Positions 9,106-19,857 of a stretch of 64,000 nt of DNA are shown here, one piece after another. Below the pieces are notes generated by a model. The model worked only from the letters and a program-made list of their open reading frames with translations. It did no database searches and was not told where the DNA came from. The stretch is taken from positions 5,408,001 to 5,472,000 of the forward strand of contig CAVYRF010000002.1 of NCBI GenBank assembly GCA_963770895.1, written 5' to 3'. Position 1 is the stretch's first letter. Each line of letters opens with the position of its first letter. Made by a program: the position numbers and the translations under genes. The stretch is from an uncultured Acidobacteriota bacterium (GTDB taxonomy: Bacteria > Acidobacteriota > Thermoanaerobaculia > Multivoradales > UBA5704).

Positions 9106-12100
9106 ATGGAAAGAGACGAGATCGCGGCGCGCCTCGCCGGCCTGTCGCCGGCCAAACGCGCGCTGCTCGACCGGCGCCGGCGGGGCGAAGCGGCGGCTCC
9201 CAGGACCGACGTCCTGGTGCGCCGCGCCGGCGCCGGACCGGCGCCGCTGTCCTTTTCACAGCAGCGCCTGTGGCTGCTCGATCAGCTCGATCCGGGCACG
9301 CCGGCGTACAACCTCCGCATCCTGCTGCAGCTGACGGGCACCGTCGACCGCCGGGCGCTGGCGCGCAGCTTCGCGGCGATGGTTGCGCGCCACCACGTGT
9401 TGCGTTCGGCGCACACCGTCGCCGACGGCGCGCCGGTGCAGGTCGTGCTGCCGCACCTGGACCTGCCGCTGCCGGCGATCGATCTTGCCGCGCTGCCACC
9501 GCCGCGGCGGCAGGGTGAGGCGTTGCGCCAGGCGCGCCTGCTGGCGGGCCTGGGCTTCGACCTGGCGCGGCCGCCGCTGCTGCGGACGATATCGATGGTC
9601 TGTGGCGACTCCCTTGACCTCCTGCTGGTCGTTCTGCACCACGCCGTCGCCGACGGCTGGTCGTTCGACGTCGTGCTGCGCGAATTGACCGCGCTGTACA
9701 CCGCGTTCACCCAGGGGCTGCCGTCGCCGCTTGCCGAGCTGCCGCTGCAGTACGCCGACTTCGCGGTCTGGCAACGGCAGCAGTTCACCGACGGAGCCCT
9801 GGCCGGTGAGCTGGCGCACTGGCGGCGCCAGCTGGCGGGAGCGCCGCCGGCCACCGAGCTGCCGACCGATCGCCCGCACCCGGCACGCCCCAGCGGGCGC
9901 GGCGCTTCGCGAGCGTTCGCGCTGCCGCCCCAGGCCGCCGCGGCGGCGGCGGAGCTGGCCCGCCGCCAGGCGGCGACACCGTTCATGGTGCTGCTGGCGA
10001 CGCTGCAAGCGCTGCTGCTGCGCTACACCGGCGAGGAAGACCTGGTCGTCGGCTCGCCGGTGGCCGGCCGCAACCGCCCGGAGGTCGCGGGATTGATCGG
10101 GTTTTTCGTCAACACCCTGGCGCTGCGCGGCGACCTGGCCGGCGACCCGGCGTTCCAGGAGCTGCTGGCGCGGGCGCGGGACACCGTGCTGGATGCCTTT
10201 GCCCACCAGGACCTGCCGTTCGAAAGGCTGGTCGAAGAGCTGCACCCGCAGCGCGATCCGGGCAGGCACCCGATCTTCCAGGTGATGCTGGCGTTCCAGC
10301 ACGCGCCGGCCGGCGACGTGCAGCTCCCCGGCCTGGCCCTGCGCCAGGTCGAGATCGAAAGCGGCAGCGCCATGTTCGAGCTGTCGTGGAGCCTGCGCCA
10401 GCGCCAGGACGGCCTGGTGGGCACCGTCGAATATTCGACCGACCTGTTCGACGCCACGACCGCGGAGCGCTGGATCGCGCATTTCGAGCGCCTGCTGGTG
10501 GGGGGCCTGGAGGACCCGCAGCGGCGGCTCTCTGAGATCCCGCTGCTGAGCGCCGCCGAAGCGGAGGCGTTGACGCGCTGCAACCAGAGCGCCGTGCCGT
10601 TCGGCGACGCCGCCTGCCTGCACGACATGTTCGCGGCGCAGGCGGCGGCCCATGGGGATACGCCGGCGGTGGTGTTCCAGGACCGGGTGCTGACCTATGG
10701 CGAGCTCGACCGGCGCAGCGGCCTGCTGGCGCGGCACCTGCAAAACCTGGGGGTCGCCGCCGACGTGCCGGTGGGGCTGTGCGTCGGCCGTTCGCTCGAC
10801 CTGGCGGTGGGGATCCTGGGCGTCCTCAAGGCCGGCGGTGCCTACGTGCCGCTCGACGAAACCCATCCGCCGGAGCGCCTGGCGATGATGCTGGCCGACG
10901 CGCGCTGCCCGGTGCTGCTGACGCAGGCGCAGCTGGCCGAGCGCTGGCCGCCGCAGCAGGCCGTGGTGCTGCGGCTGGACGGCGACTGGGACGCGATCGC
11001 CCATGCCGGCGCGGCGGCCACGGCCGCGGCCGGTGGGGCGGGGCGGGCGCCGGTGACCGCGGCCAACCTGGCCTACGTGATCTATACGTCGGGTTCGACC
11101 GGCAGACCCAAGGGCGTCGCCTGCTCCCACGCCGGCGTGGTCAACATCATGGCCGACCTGGAGCGCCGCTGGCAGGTGGGGGCGGGCGATGGGTGCGCGA
11201 TGTGGACCGGCGCCAGCTTCGACGTCGCGGTGTGGGAGATCTTTTCGGCGCTCTGCCACGGCGGCACGCTGCACATCCCCGCCGAAAGCGAGCGCACCAC
11301 CGCCGCCGCGCTGTTCCCCTGGATGGTGCGGCACGCCATCCGCAGCCTCTACCTGCCGGGCTTCCTGCTGGCCGCCTACGCCCGCTGGGTGGGCGCCGGC
11401 GACGCCTCCCGCCGGCAGCTGGCGCGCCTGCTGGTGGGCGTCGAACCGATCGCCGAGCGGTTGCTGGCCGACCTGCTGGCGGCGGTGCCGGGGCTGCGCA
11501 TCGTCAACGGCTACGGCCCCACCGAGGCGACGGTGTGCGCCACCTTCTACGACCTGGGGCGGGGACCGGCCGGGCAAGGGCGCACCCCCATCGGGCTGCC
11601 GGTGGCGAACTGCCGCGTCCACCTGCTCGATCCGCACCTGGCGCAGGTGCCGCCCGGCGTACCGGGCGAGGTGGCGATCGGCGGTCCCGGCCTGGCGCGC
11701 GGCTATTTCGACGACCCGCGGCGCACCGCCCTCAGCTTCGTCCCCGACCCCTTCGGCGCCGCCGCGGGCGAACCGGGCGGGCGCCTGTACCGCACCGGCG
11801 ACCGCGCCCGCCGCCGCGCCGACGGCAACCTGATCTTCCTCGGCCGCAGCGACCACCAGGTGAAGCTGCGCGGCGTGCGCGTCGAGCTGGCGGAGATCGA
11901 CCAGGCGCTCTGCCAGCATCCGGCGGTGCGCACGGCGGTGGCGGTGGTGCGCCCCGATCCCGGCGGCGAAAAGCAGCTGGTGGCCTACGTCGTGGCGCGC
12001 CAGGGGCACGGCGTGAGCGGCGGAGGCAGTGCGGAAGCTGGCGCCGGTTTGAGCGGCGCGGGCGACCCTGGCGGCGAGCTCGCGGATTGGCGGGAATTTC

Positions 12101-15100
12101 TGCTGCAACGGCTGCCGTCCGCCATGCTGCCCGCGGCGCTGGTCGTGCTGGCCGCCCTGCCGCTCACCGCCGGCGGCAAGGTCGACCGGCGGGCGCTGCC
12201 CGAGCCCGATTGGCGCCAGGCCCACGAGGCGCATCGCTTCGTGCCGCCGCGCAACCAGGTCGAGGCGCTGCTGGCCGGCATCTGGGCCGAGCTTCTGGGG
12301 CGCGGCCCGGTCAGCGTCGAAGACGACTTCCTGGGCTCCGGCGGGCATTCGCTGCTGGCGGCGCAGGTGGTGTCTCGGGTGCGCCAGCTGTGCGGCGTCG
12401 AGCTGCCGCTGCGCGCTCTCTTCGAGGCGCGCACGGTGCGCGGCCTGGCGGAGCAGGTGGAGGCGGCGACCGGCGCGGGCGGCGCACCGCCGCCCATCGT
12501 GGCGCAGCCGCGCGGCGCCACCGCGCCGCTGTCGTTCGCGCAGCAGCGGCTGTGGTTTCTGGAACAGTTCCAGCCCGGCACGGCTCTCTTCAACATGCCG
12601 GGCGCGGTGCGCCTCAGCGGGCCGCTGCGCTACCCGCTGCTGCGCCGCGCCCTGGACCAGATCGTGGCGCGCCACGAGGTGCTGCGCACCACCTTCGTCA
12701 CCGTGGACGGCCAGCCGGTGCAGGCGATCGCCGCCGCCGCGGCGCCGGGACCGGAGCCGCAGCAGCCGCTGCCGGTCGTGGACCTGACGGCGCTGCCCGA
12801 GGGCGGCCGCGACGCCCTTCTGCGGCGGCTCATCGCCGCCGAAGCGCGCCGTCCCTTCGACCTTGCCGCCGGAACGCGAGCTGAGGCGGGTGCCGGCGGG
12901 CCACCGCGGTCCGCCGGCCGAGCTCAGGCGAGTGCCGGCGGGCCATCGAGGCCGGCCGGCCTGCTGCGCACCAGCCTGCTGCGCCTGGGGCCGGCGGAGC
13001 ACGTGGCGCTGCTCACCTTCCATCACACGGTGGCGGACGGCTGGTCGCTGTCGGTCTTCCTGCGCGAGCTGGCGGCGCTGGTCGGCGCCTGGTCGGCGGG
13101 GCACCCCTCGCCCCTGGCCCCACTGCCCTTCCAATACGCCGACTTCGCCATCTGGCAGCGGCAGTGGCTGCAAGGGCAGGCGCTGGCGGGCGAGCTGGGC
13201 TACTGGCGGCAGCAGCTGGCCGGCGTGCCGCAGCTGCTGGAGCTGCCCACCGACCGGCCGCGTCCCGTCGAGCAGAGCTTCCGCGGCAGCTCGCGCCAGC
13301 TCACCCTGGACGCGCCCGTCGTCGCGGCGCTGACGGCGTGGGGCCAGCACCGCGGCGGCACGCTGTTCATGACGCTGCTCGCCGGCTTCGCGGCACTGCT
13401 CGGCCGCCTCGCCGGGCAGACCGACGTGGTGATCGGCTCGCCGATCGCCGGCCGCGACCGCCGCGAGCTGGAGGGGCTGATCGGCCTCTTCGTCAACACC
13501 CTGGCGCTGCGCGTCGACCTGGCGCAGCAGCCCGACGGCGACCTGCTGCTCGATCGCATCCGCCGCATGGCGCTGGGCGCCTATACCCACTCGCACGTGC
13601 CGTTCGAGCGGCTGGTCGACGAGCTGAGCCCGGCGCGCAGCGGCAGCCACGCGCCGATCGCGCAGGTGGCGCTGGTGCTGCAAAACCTGCCGCCGGCGCC
13701 GCTGCGGCTGCCCGGCCTGGCGATGGAGCCGCTGGCGGCGGCGAGCGATACCGCCAAGGTCGATCTCACGCTGTCGCTCACCGAGGTGGAGGGCACCCTG
13801 ACCGGCGCGCTGGAGTGGGCCGCCGACCTGTTCGATGGCACCACCATCGACCGCCTGGCGGGGCACCTGGCGGTGGTGCTCGCCGCCCTGGCGGCCCACC
13901 CCGAGCGCCGCGTCAGCGACCTGCCGCTGCTCACCGCCGGCGAACGGCACCAGCTGGTGCACGAATGGAACGACACCGCGGCGGCGGCCGGCGGGGCCGG
14001 CGGCACCGCCTGGCGCGGCCGCTGCCTGCACGAGCTGTTCGAGGAGCAGGCCGAGCGCACCCCCGGCGCCCTGGCGGCGGCCAGCGGGGTCGGTGGCGCC
14101 GGCGGTGCGTCGCTCACCTACGCGGAGCTGGATCGGCGCGCCAACCAGGTGGCGCGGTTCCTGATGGCGCGCGGGGTCGGACCCGAGGTCCGCGTCGGCC
14201 TGTGCATGGAGCGTTCGCCGCTGCTGCTGACCGCCATCCTGGGTATCTGGAAGGCGGGCGGCGCCTACCTGCCGCTCGATCCGGCGCAGCCGCGCGAGCG
14301 CCTTGCCGGGCTCGCCGCGGAAGTGGCGCTGGTGGTGACCGAGACGCGCTGGCGCGAGCGCCTGCCGGCGGCGGCCGCGGCGGTCGAGCTCGACGCCGTG
14401 CAGCGCCAGCTGGACGGCGTCGACGGCCGCCGCCCGGCGGTGCGGATGGCGGCGGCCAACCTGGCCTACGTCCTGTACACCTCGGGCTCGACCGGCGCGC
14501 CCAAGGGGATCATGGTCAGCCATCGCGGCCTGGTCCACTACCTGACCTGGGCGGTCGAGGCGTACCAGATGCGGCTGGGGGGCGGCGCCCCGGTCACCTC
14601 GCCGCTCGCCTTCGACCTGACGGTGACGGCGCTGTTGGCGCCGCTGCTCGCTGGGCGCTGCGTCGAGCTGCGCGGCGGCGGCGGCGAAGGCGGCGACGAC
14701 GGCTTCGAGGCGCTGCGCTCGGTGTTGGGGGGTGGCGGTGTGGACGGCGTGGGCGGCGTTGGTGACATTGCCGACTACAGCCTGGTCAAGCTCACCCCCG
14801 CCCACCTTGAGCTGCTGCGTCAGGATCCGGCCGGCTGGGACCTCCGGGCGCGCGTGCGGGTGCTGATCCTGGGCGGCGACGCGCTGCAGGGGGAGACCTT
14901 GGACCTGTGGCGCACCCGCAGCCCCGCGACGCGGGTGATCAACGAGTACGGTCCGACCGAAACCGTGGTCGGCTGCTGCGTCTACGAGGTGCCCGCCGGC
15001 GCCGCCGCCGCGGGGCCGGTGCCGATCGGGCGGCCGATTCCCAACATGCGCGCCTACGTGCTGGACGCCAACCTGCTGCCGCTGCCGGTGGGCGTGCCCG

Positions 15101-17445
15101 GCCACCTGCACCTGGCGGGGGCGGGCCTGGCGCGCGGCTACCACGGACTGCCGGGGCTGACCGCGGATCGGTTCATTCCCGATCCCTTTGCCGCCGCCCC
15201 CGGCGGCGAACGGCTGTACCGCACCGGCGACCTGGTGCGGGCGCTGCCCGACGGCCGCCTGGACTTTCAGGGGCGCATCGACCACCAGGTCAAGGTGCGC
15301 GGCTTCCGCATCGAGCTGGGCGAGATCGAATCGGCCCTGGCGGCGCACCCCGGCGTGCTGGCGGCGGCAGTGGCCGCCCCCGCCGGCGCCGCCGGGCAGC
15401 GGCGGCTGGTGGCCTTCTGGGTGCCGCGGCCGGCTGACGCCGCCGTTGCCGCAGACACGCTGGCGCCGGGCGACCCCGCGGCGGCCGCGCAGCTCCAGCT
15501 GACGCCGGCCGCGCTGCGCGCCTTTCTGGGCGGGCGGCTGCCGGAGTACATGGTGCCGGCGTCGTTCGTGGCGCTGGCGGCGCTGCCGCAGACGCCCAAC
15601 GGCAAGCTCGACCGGCGGGCGCTGCTCGCCCGCGCCGCGGCGGGGGAGGGCGAACGCTCGGGCGCCGCCGCGCTGTTGTCCGGCGGGGTCGGCGGGGCCG
15701 GCGCTGGCGGCGGTGACGCCGCCGCGGCGCGCGCCTTGACGCCGGTCGAAGCGACGCTGGCGGCGGTCTGGGCCGAGGTGCTGCGGCGCCCGGACGTCGC
15801 CCTGCACGACAACTTTTTCGAGCTGGGGGGCGACTCCATCCTGTCGCTCCAGGTCGTCGCCAAGGCCCGCCAGGCGGGGCTCCTGCTGCGCTCGCGCGAC
15901 CTGTTCCAGTATCAGACCGTGGCGCAGCTGGCGGTGGTGGCGGTGGAGGAGGCGGCGCAGGCCGCCGGCGGTGCCGTGGCGGAAACCGGCGACGGCCCGC
16001 TGACGCCGATCCAGCACTGGTTCTTCTCCCTGGGCCTCACCGACCCCCACCACTTCAACCAGGCGCTGATGGTGGACGTGCGGCCGGCGGTGACGCCGCG
16101 CGGTCTGCGCCAGGCGCTGTCGCGCGTCGCCGCCCGGCATCCGGCCCTGCACAGCCGCTTTGCGCACGAGGCGGAGCTGGGCTGGCGCCAGGTCGCGGTG
16201 CCGGCGCCGGCGGCGGGCGTGGCGCTGCCGATCGTCGACCTGTCGGCCCTGCCGGCGGCGCGGCGCGCTGCCGCCGTGGAGGCCGCGGCGGGCAGCCTGC
16301 AGCAGAGCCTGGACGTCGAGCGCGGGCCGCTCTTCCGGCTGGCGCTGTTCGCCCTGGGCGACGCCGGGCGGCGGCTCTTCCTGGTGTTCCACCACCTGGT
16401 CATCGACGTCGTGTCGTGGCGCATCCTGCTGGCGGACCTCGAAGCCGCCTACCAGGCGTATGACGGAGGGAACGAGCCGGCGCTGCCGCCGGAGCTCACC
16501 TCGCCGCGGCGCTGGGCGGCGCAGCTGGCGGCGCACGCTCGGGAGGCGGCCGTGGCGGCCGAGCTGGACTATTGGCTGGACGGCGCCCGCGCCGGCGTCC
16601 GCCCGCTGCCGCGCGACCGGGCGGCGGCGACCAACGGCATGAGCGAAGCCAGCGTCGTCCTGGTCGACCTGGACGGCGACGAAACCAGGGCGCTGCTCGA
16701 GACGCTGCCGGCGACCCATCACGTGGCGATCCAGGACGTGCTGCTGACCGCGCTGGCGCAGGTGCTTGCCGGCTGGCAGCGCGAAACCCGGCTGCTGGTG
16801 GACCTGGAGGGGCACGGCCGCGAAGAGCTGTTCGCCGGCGTCGACACCGCGCGCACCGTCGGCTGGCTCACCACGCTGTACCCGGTGCTGCTCCAGCTGG
16901 ACGGCGGCGACACGCGCCGGCCGCTCGACCAGCTGCGCGCGATCAAGGAGCAGCTGCGCGCCGTGCCGCGCGGCGGCATCGGCTACGGCCTGCTGCGCTA
17001 CCTGGGCACGCCGGAGCAGAGGCAGGCGCTCGACCGCCTGCCGGCGGCGGAAGTGGTGTTCAACTACCTGGGCCAGCTCGACCGCGGCCTGCCCGAATCG
17101 CGGTTCTTCGGCCTGGCCGGCGAAAGCGGCGGCGCGCCGCGCAGCGCGCGGCAGCAGCGCAATCACCTGCTGGAGATCAACGGCGGCGTCTTCGCCGGCT
17201 GCCTGCGGTTGATCTGGACGTACAGCGCCGGTGCCCACGATCGCGCCACGATCGAGGCGCTGGTGGACCGCTTCCGTGCCGCCCTGCGCTCGTTGATCGA
17301 GCAGGGCACGCGCCAGGAAGCGGCCAGCTTCACGCCCTCGGACTTCCCCGAGGCGCGCCTGGGTCAAAAGGATCTCGACATGTTGATCGCCCGCATCGGC
17401 AAGCGTCCGCCCGCGGCAAGGACAGGACGGCCGAAGTCCGTATGA
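9106..17445 (+). CDS. NRPS: C-A-T-C-A(Asn)-T-E
   Basis: ATG 9106 with GAGGA upstream. N-terminal LAGLSPAKRALL docking-like helix. C motifs HHAVADG and HHTVADG. A2 code DLTKIGEVGK (Asn). T domain GGDSI precedes an E domain (HHLVIDVVSW, EGHGRE, RTVGWLT, FNYLGQ). C-terminal TPSDFP communication motif. Confidence 0.96.
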   Translation: MERDEIAARLAGLSPAKRALLDRRRRGEAAAPRTDVLVRRAGAGPAPLSFSQQRLWLLDQLDPGTPAYNLRILLQLTGTVDRRALARSFAAMVARHHVLRSAHTVADGAPVQVVLPHLDLPLPAIDLAALPPPRRQGEALRQARLLAGLGFDLARPPLLRTISMVCGDSLDLLLVVLHHAVADGWSFDVVLRELTALYTAFTQGLPSPLAELPLQYADFAVWQRQQFTDGALAGELAHWRRQLAGAPPATELPTDRPHPARPSGRGASRAFALPPQAAAAAAELARRQAATPFMVLLATLQALLLRYTGEEDLVVGSPVAGRNRPEVAGLIGFFVNTLALRGDLAGDPAFQELLARARDTVLDAFAHQDLPFERLVEELHPQRDPGRHPIFQVMLAFQHAPAGDVQLPGLALRQVEIESGSAMFELSWSLRQRQDGLVGTVEYSTDLFDATTAERWIAHFERLLVGGLEDPQRRLSEIPLLSAAEAEALTRCNQSAVPFGDAACLHDMFAAQAAAHGDTPAVVFQDRVLTYGELDRRSGLLARHLQNLGVAADVPVGLCVGRSLDLAVGILGVLKAGGAYVPLDETHPPERLAMMLADARCPVLLTQAQLAERWPPQQAVVLRLDGDWDAIAHAGAAATAAAGGAGRAPVTAANLAYVIYTSGSTGRPKGVACSHAGVVNIMADLERRWQVGAGDGCAMWTGASFDVAVWEIFSALCHGGTLHIPAESERTTAAALFPWMVRHAIRSLYLPGFLLAAYARWVGAGDASRRQLARLLVGVEPIAERLLADLLAAVPGLRIVNGYGPTEATVCATFYDLGRGPAGQGRTPIGLPVANCRVHLLDPHLAQVPPGVPGEVAIGGPGLARGYFDDPRRTALSFVPDPFGAAAGEPGGRLYRTGDRARRRADGNLIFLGRSDHQVKLRGVRVELAEIDQALCQHPAVRTAVAVVRPDPGGEKQLVAYVVARQGHGVSGGGSAEAGAGLSGAGDPGGELADWREFLLQRLPSAMLPAALVVLAALPLTAGGKVDRRALPEPDWRQAHEAHRFVPPRNQVEALLAGIWAELLGRGPVSVEDDFLGSGGHSLLAAQVVSRVRQLCGVELPLRALFEARTVRGLAEQVEAATGAGGAPPPIVAQPRGATAPLSFAQQRLWFLEQFQPGTALFNMPGAVRLSGPLRYPLLRRALDQIVARHEVLRTTFVTVDGQPVQAIAAAAAPGPEPQQPLPVVDLTALPEGGRDALLRRLIAAEARRPFDLAAGTRAEAGAGGPPRSAGRAQASAGGPSRPAGLLRTSLLRLGPAEHVALLTFHHTVADGWSLSVFLRELAALVGAWSAGHPSPLAPLPFQYADFAIWQRQWLQGQALAGELGYWRQQLAGVPQLLELPTDRPRPVEQSFRGSSRQLTLDAPVVAALTAWGQHRGGTLFMTLLAGFAALLGRLAGQTDVVIGSPIAGRDRRELEGLIGLFVNTLALRVDLAQQPDGDLLLDRIRRMALGAYTHSHVPFERLVDELSPARSGSHAPIAQVALVLQNLPPAPLRLPGLAMEPLAAASDTAKVDLTLSLTEVEGTLTGALEWAADLFDGTTIDRLAGHLAVVLAALAAHPERRVSDLPLLTAGERHQLVHEWNDTAAAAGGAGGTAWRGRCLHELFEEQAERTPGALAAASGVGGAGGASLTYAELDRRANQVARFLMARGVGPEVRVGLCMERSPLLLTAILGIWKAGGAYLPLDPAQPRERLAGLAAEVALVVTETRWRERLPAAAAAVELDAVQRQLDGVDGRRPAVRMAAANLAYVLYTSGSTGAPKGIMVSHRGLVHYLTWAVEAYQMRLGGGAPVTSPLAFDLTVTALLAPLLAGRCVELRGGGGEGGDDGFEALRSVLGGGGVDGVGGVGDIADYSLVKLTPAHLELLRQDPAGWDLRARVRVLILGGDALQGETLDLWRTRSPATRVINEYGPTETVVGCCVYEVPAGAAAAGPVPIGRPIPNMRAYVLDANLLPLPVGVPGHLHLAGAGLARGYHGLPGLTADRFIPDPFAAAPGGERLYRTGDLVRALPDGRLDFQGRIDHQVKVRGFRIELGEIESALAAHPGVLAAAVAAPAGAAGQRRLVAFWVPRPADAAVAADTLAPGDPAAAAQLQLTPAALRAFLGGRLPEYMVPASFVALAALPQTPNGKLDRRALLARAAAGEGERSGAAALLSGGVGGAGAGGGDAAAARALTPVEATLAAVWAEVLRRPDVALHDNFFELGGDSILSLQVVAKARQAGLLLRSRDLFQYQTVAQLAVVAVEEAAQAAGGAVAETGDGPLTPIQHWFFSLGLTDPHHFNQALMVDVRPAVTPRGLRQALSRVAARHPALHSRFAHEAELGWRQVAVPAPAAGVALPIVDLSALPAARRAAAVEAAAGSLQQSLDVERGPLFRLALFALGDAGRRLFLVFHHLVIDVVSWRILLADLEAAYQAYDGGNEPALPPELTSPRRWAAQLAAHAREAAVAAELDYWLDGARAGVRPLPRDRAAATNGMSEASVVLVDLDGDETRALLETLPATHHVAIQDVLLTALAQVLAGWQRETRLLVDLEGHGREELFAGVDTARTVGWLTTLYPVLLQLDGGDTRRPLDQLRAIKEQLRAVPRGGIGYGLLRYLGTPEQRQALDRLPAAEVVFNYLGQLDRGLPESRFFGLAGESGGAPRSARQQRNHLLEINGGVFAGCLRLIWTYSAGAHDRATIEALVDRFRAALRSLIEQGTRQEAASFTPSDFPEARLGQKDLDMLIARIGKRPPAARTGRPKSV
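12877..12960 (+). repeat. 2 x 42-bp palindromic in-frame repeat inside an NRPS C domain (copy 1 of 3)
   Basis: cgagctgaggcgggtgccggcgggccaccgcggtccgccggc plus a degenerate second unit. Encodes RAEAGAGGPPRSAG-RAQASAGGPSRPAG. Confidence 0.9.
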
Positions 17446-19838
17446 GCACCGCCGCGTCCGCACCGTCCACGCCGTCCCCAGCGCGGTCCGCCGCCGCAGG
17501 GTCTCTGATCAACCTGCTGGCGCTGGCGCTGGGGCTGGCCGCGCTGCTGCTGATCCTGGCTTTTCTGTCCGCCCAGCTGAGCTGGGATCGGATGCAGCAG
17601 AATTTTGACCGCATCTATCGCGTCACCGAAGCGTTCAAGCTGCGCGACCAGGCGGTCAAATTTGGCGCCCTGAGCCCGCTCGTCATGGCGGACACGCTGC
17701 ACAAGGAATGGCCGGAGATCGCCGCGGCGGGGCGCATCATGCCGATTCTGGAAGGCACCTCCGCCGGCAAGGTGGCCGTCCGCCAGGGCAGTGAAAAGCA
17801 GCTGTACGAATACTTTTCGTGGGCCGATCCCAGCATCCTGCAGATCTTCACCCTGCCGTTCGTCGCCGGCGACGCGCGCACCGCGCTCGCCGCGCCCAAC
17901 TCGGTGATCGTCAGCGAATCGGCGGCCCGCAAGCTGTTCGGCGCCGCGCCGGCGGTCGGCAGGACGCTCAAGATCGACAGCGGCTATTCGGACGAGAACT
18001 ACCAGGTCACCGGCGTGTTCAAGGACCAGCCGTTCAACTCCCATTTTCACCTGCAGATCGTGGCGTCGTTCTCAAGCCTCGACCACGTCAAGGACCCGCG
18101 CATCCTGCGCACGCAGTTCTGGGTGAGCGACACCTACACCTACGTGCTGCTGGCGCCGGGGGCCTCCATCCAGACGGCGCGCGCCAGATTCCCGGCCTTC
18201 GTCGCCAAGCATTTCCAGAAGATCGAGGGCGCCCAGGTGACGCTCTTCCTGCAAAGCCTGGGCGACATCCACCTGCGCTCGCACCAGCTGTTCGAGTTCG
18301 AGCCCAACGGCGACATCGAGACGGTGCGCATCCTGGCCTGGGCTGCGGCCGCGACGCTGCTGATCCTGATGCTGAACTTCATGGCGCTGTCGACGGCGCG
18401 CTACCCGCGCGGCGCCTCCACGGCCGCCCTGAGCGCCGCGCGTGAGGCTGGCCGGGGCCGGCTGTTCCGGCGGCTCTTCGGCGAATCGCTGGCGCTGGCC
18501 GTCATCGCCCTGATCCTGGCCGTCATCCTGGTGCAGCTGGCCCTGCCGCCGCTCAACGGCCTGACCGGCGAGGCGGTGACGCTGCCTTTGGGTCCCGGCG
18601 CATGGGGCTTTGCGCTCGCCCTGGTGCTGGTGGCGAGCCTGGTCGCCGCCGCCTACGCGACGTGGTGCCTGACGGCTTGTCTGACGGGCGGCGATCTCAG
18701 GACGGCGGCCGCCGCCGCCGCCGGGGGCTCTGGACGGGTCTGGCGCACGGCGCTGGCCGGCGTGCAGGTCGCCGCCGGCGTGGTGCTGCTGGTCGCCGCC
18801 GGCGTCGTCCACGACCAGCTGCGGTTCGTGCGCGCGTTCAACCTTGGCTTCGACATGAACGACGTGATCGTCGTGCCCATCCGCGACGTCGGCTTGCGCG
18901 ATCACTATGCCGTCCTGAAGGCCACCATGGAGCGCATCCCCGGCGTCGTGGGCACCACCTTTTCATCGCTGGTGCTGGGCCAGCAGCCGCCGGAAGTCGG
19001 CACCTTTCTGGGCGACGCCAAGGCGCCGAAGGACCTGGCCACCCTGGTGACCGATCACGATTTCGTCAAGGTGCTGCGCATCGGGCTGGTCGCCGGGCGC
19101 GCCTTTTCGGCGCAGGTGCCGACCGACCAGCCGGCCGGGTTCATCGTCAACGAAGCGGCATTGCGGCTGTGGGGGCTGCCCTCGGCGCAGGCGTCGATCG
19201 GCCAGACCCTCAACTGGAACACCATCAAGAAGGGCGCGGTGGTGGGCGTGGTGCACGACTTCCACAACCAGCCGCTGCAGGTCGGCGTCGAGCCGCTGCT
19301 GATGCACATCCGGCCGATCGCGTTCCGCTACATGTACCTGCGCCTGGCGCCGCAGGACACCGCCGCGACCCTGCGCGCCGTCGCCGCCGCCTGGCGCGGC
19401 CTGGTGGCCGATAAACCTTTCGATTCCTTCCTGCTGGCCGACTACTACAATCGCTCCTACCGCGGCGAAAGGGAGCTCGCCGGGGTGCTCGTTCACGCCG
19501 CCCTGCTGGTCCTGGCCGTCGCCTTGCTGGTCCTTGCCGGTCTTGCCGCCTTCACCGGCGAAGCCCGCCGCGGCCAGCTGGCCGCCGCGTCGTCGACGTC
19601 GCGCGCCGCTCTCGTTCTGGGCCGGGCGCTGGCCGCGCCGGTCGTGGTCGCCTGGCTGCTCGGGTGCCTGCTCGCGTGGTGGGTGATGACCCAGTGGCTG
19701 GCGGCGCATTTCGCCGAGCACACCGGCGTCCACCCGGTGCTGTTCCTGACCGGCGCCCTGGCTGCCTTGGTGGTGACGGTGCTGGCCCTGATCGCTCCCG
19801 CCGCACGCGCCGCGCGCGAAGCCCGCGCCGGCGCGTAA
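17442..19838 (+). CDS. MacB/FtsX-type ABC transporter permease (duplicated architecture)
   Basis: ATGA overlap with the NRPS stop. Two periplasmic MacB-like domains (IYRV..., LGFDMNDVIVV..., VVGVVHDF) and multiple TM helices. Confidence 0.85.
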   Translation: MSTAASAPSTPSPARSAAAGSLINLLALALGLAALLLILAFLSAQLSWDRMQQNFDRIYRVTEAFKLRDQAVKFGALSPLVMADTLHKEWPEIAAAGRIMPILEGTSAGKVAVRQGSEKQLYEYFSWADPSILQIFTLPFVAGDARTALAAPNSVIVSESAARKLFGAAPAVGRTLKIDSGYSDENYQVTGVFKDQPFNSHFHLQIVASFSSLDHVKDPRILRTQFWVSDTYTYVLLAPGASIQTARARFPAFVAKHFQKIEGAQVTLFLQSLGDIHLRSHQLFEFEPNGDIETVRILAWAAAATLLILMLNFMALSTARYPRGASTAALSAAREAGRGRLFRRLFGESLALAVIALILAVILVQLALPPLNGLTGEAVTLPLGPGAWGFALALVLVASLVAAAYATWCLTACLTGGDLRTAAAAAAGGSGRVWRTALAGVQVAAGVVLLVAAGVVHDQLRFVRAFNLGFDMNDVIVVPIRDVGLRDHYAVLKATMERIPGVVGTTFSSLVLGQQPPEVGTFLGDAKAPKDLATLVTDHDFVKVLRIGLVAGRAFSAQVPTDQPAGFIVNEAALRLWGLPSAQASIGQTLNWNTIKKGAVVGVVHDFHNQPLQVGVEPLLMHIRPIAFRYMYLRLAPQDTAATLRAVAAAWRGLVADKPFDSFLLADYYNRSYRGERELAGVLVHAALLVLAVALLVLAGLAAFTGEARRGQLAAASSTSRAALVLGRALAAPVVVAWLLGCLLAWWVMTQWLAAHFAEHTGVHPVLFLTGALAALVVTVLALIAPAARAAREARAGA

Positions 19839-19857
19839 CGTCGCGCCGCCGCGCGGA

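Noticed and set aside
13900..17445. C-A(Asn)-T-E as an acyl-D-Asn prodrug module (colibactin/xenocoumacin type)
   Set aside because: It is an internal second module, not a starter, and no ClbP-like peptidase is in the window.
9256..17463. Very long antisense or alternate-frame ORFs (2735 aa here, also 22556-27796, 28004-31084, 4617-7613 and others)
   Set aside because: These are shadow ORFs of high-GC codon bias opposite clear NRPS genes. They are Arg/Ala-rich with no motifs.
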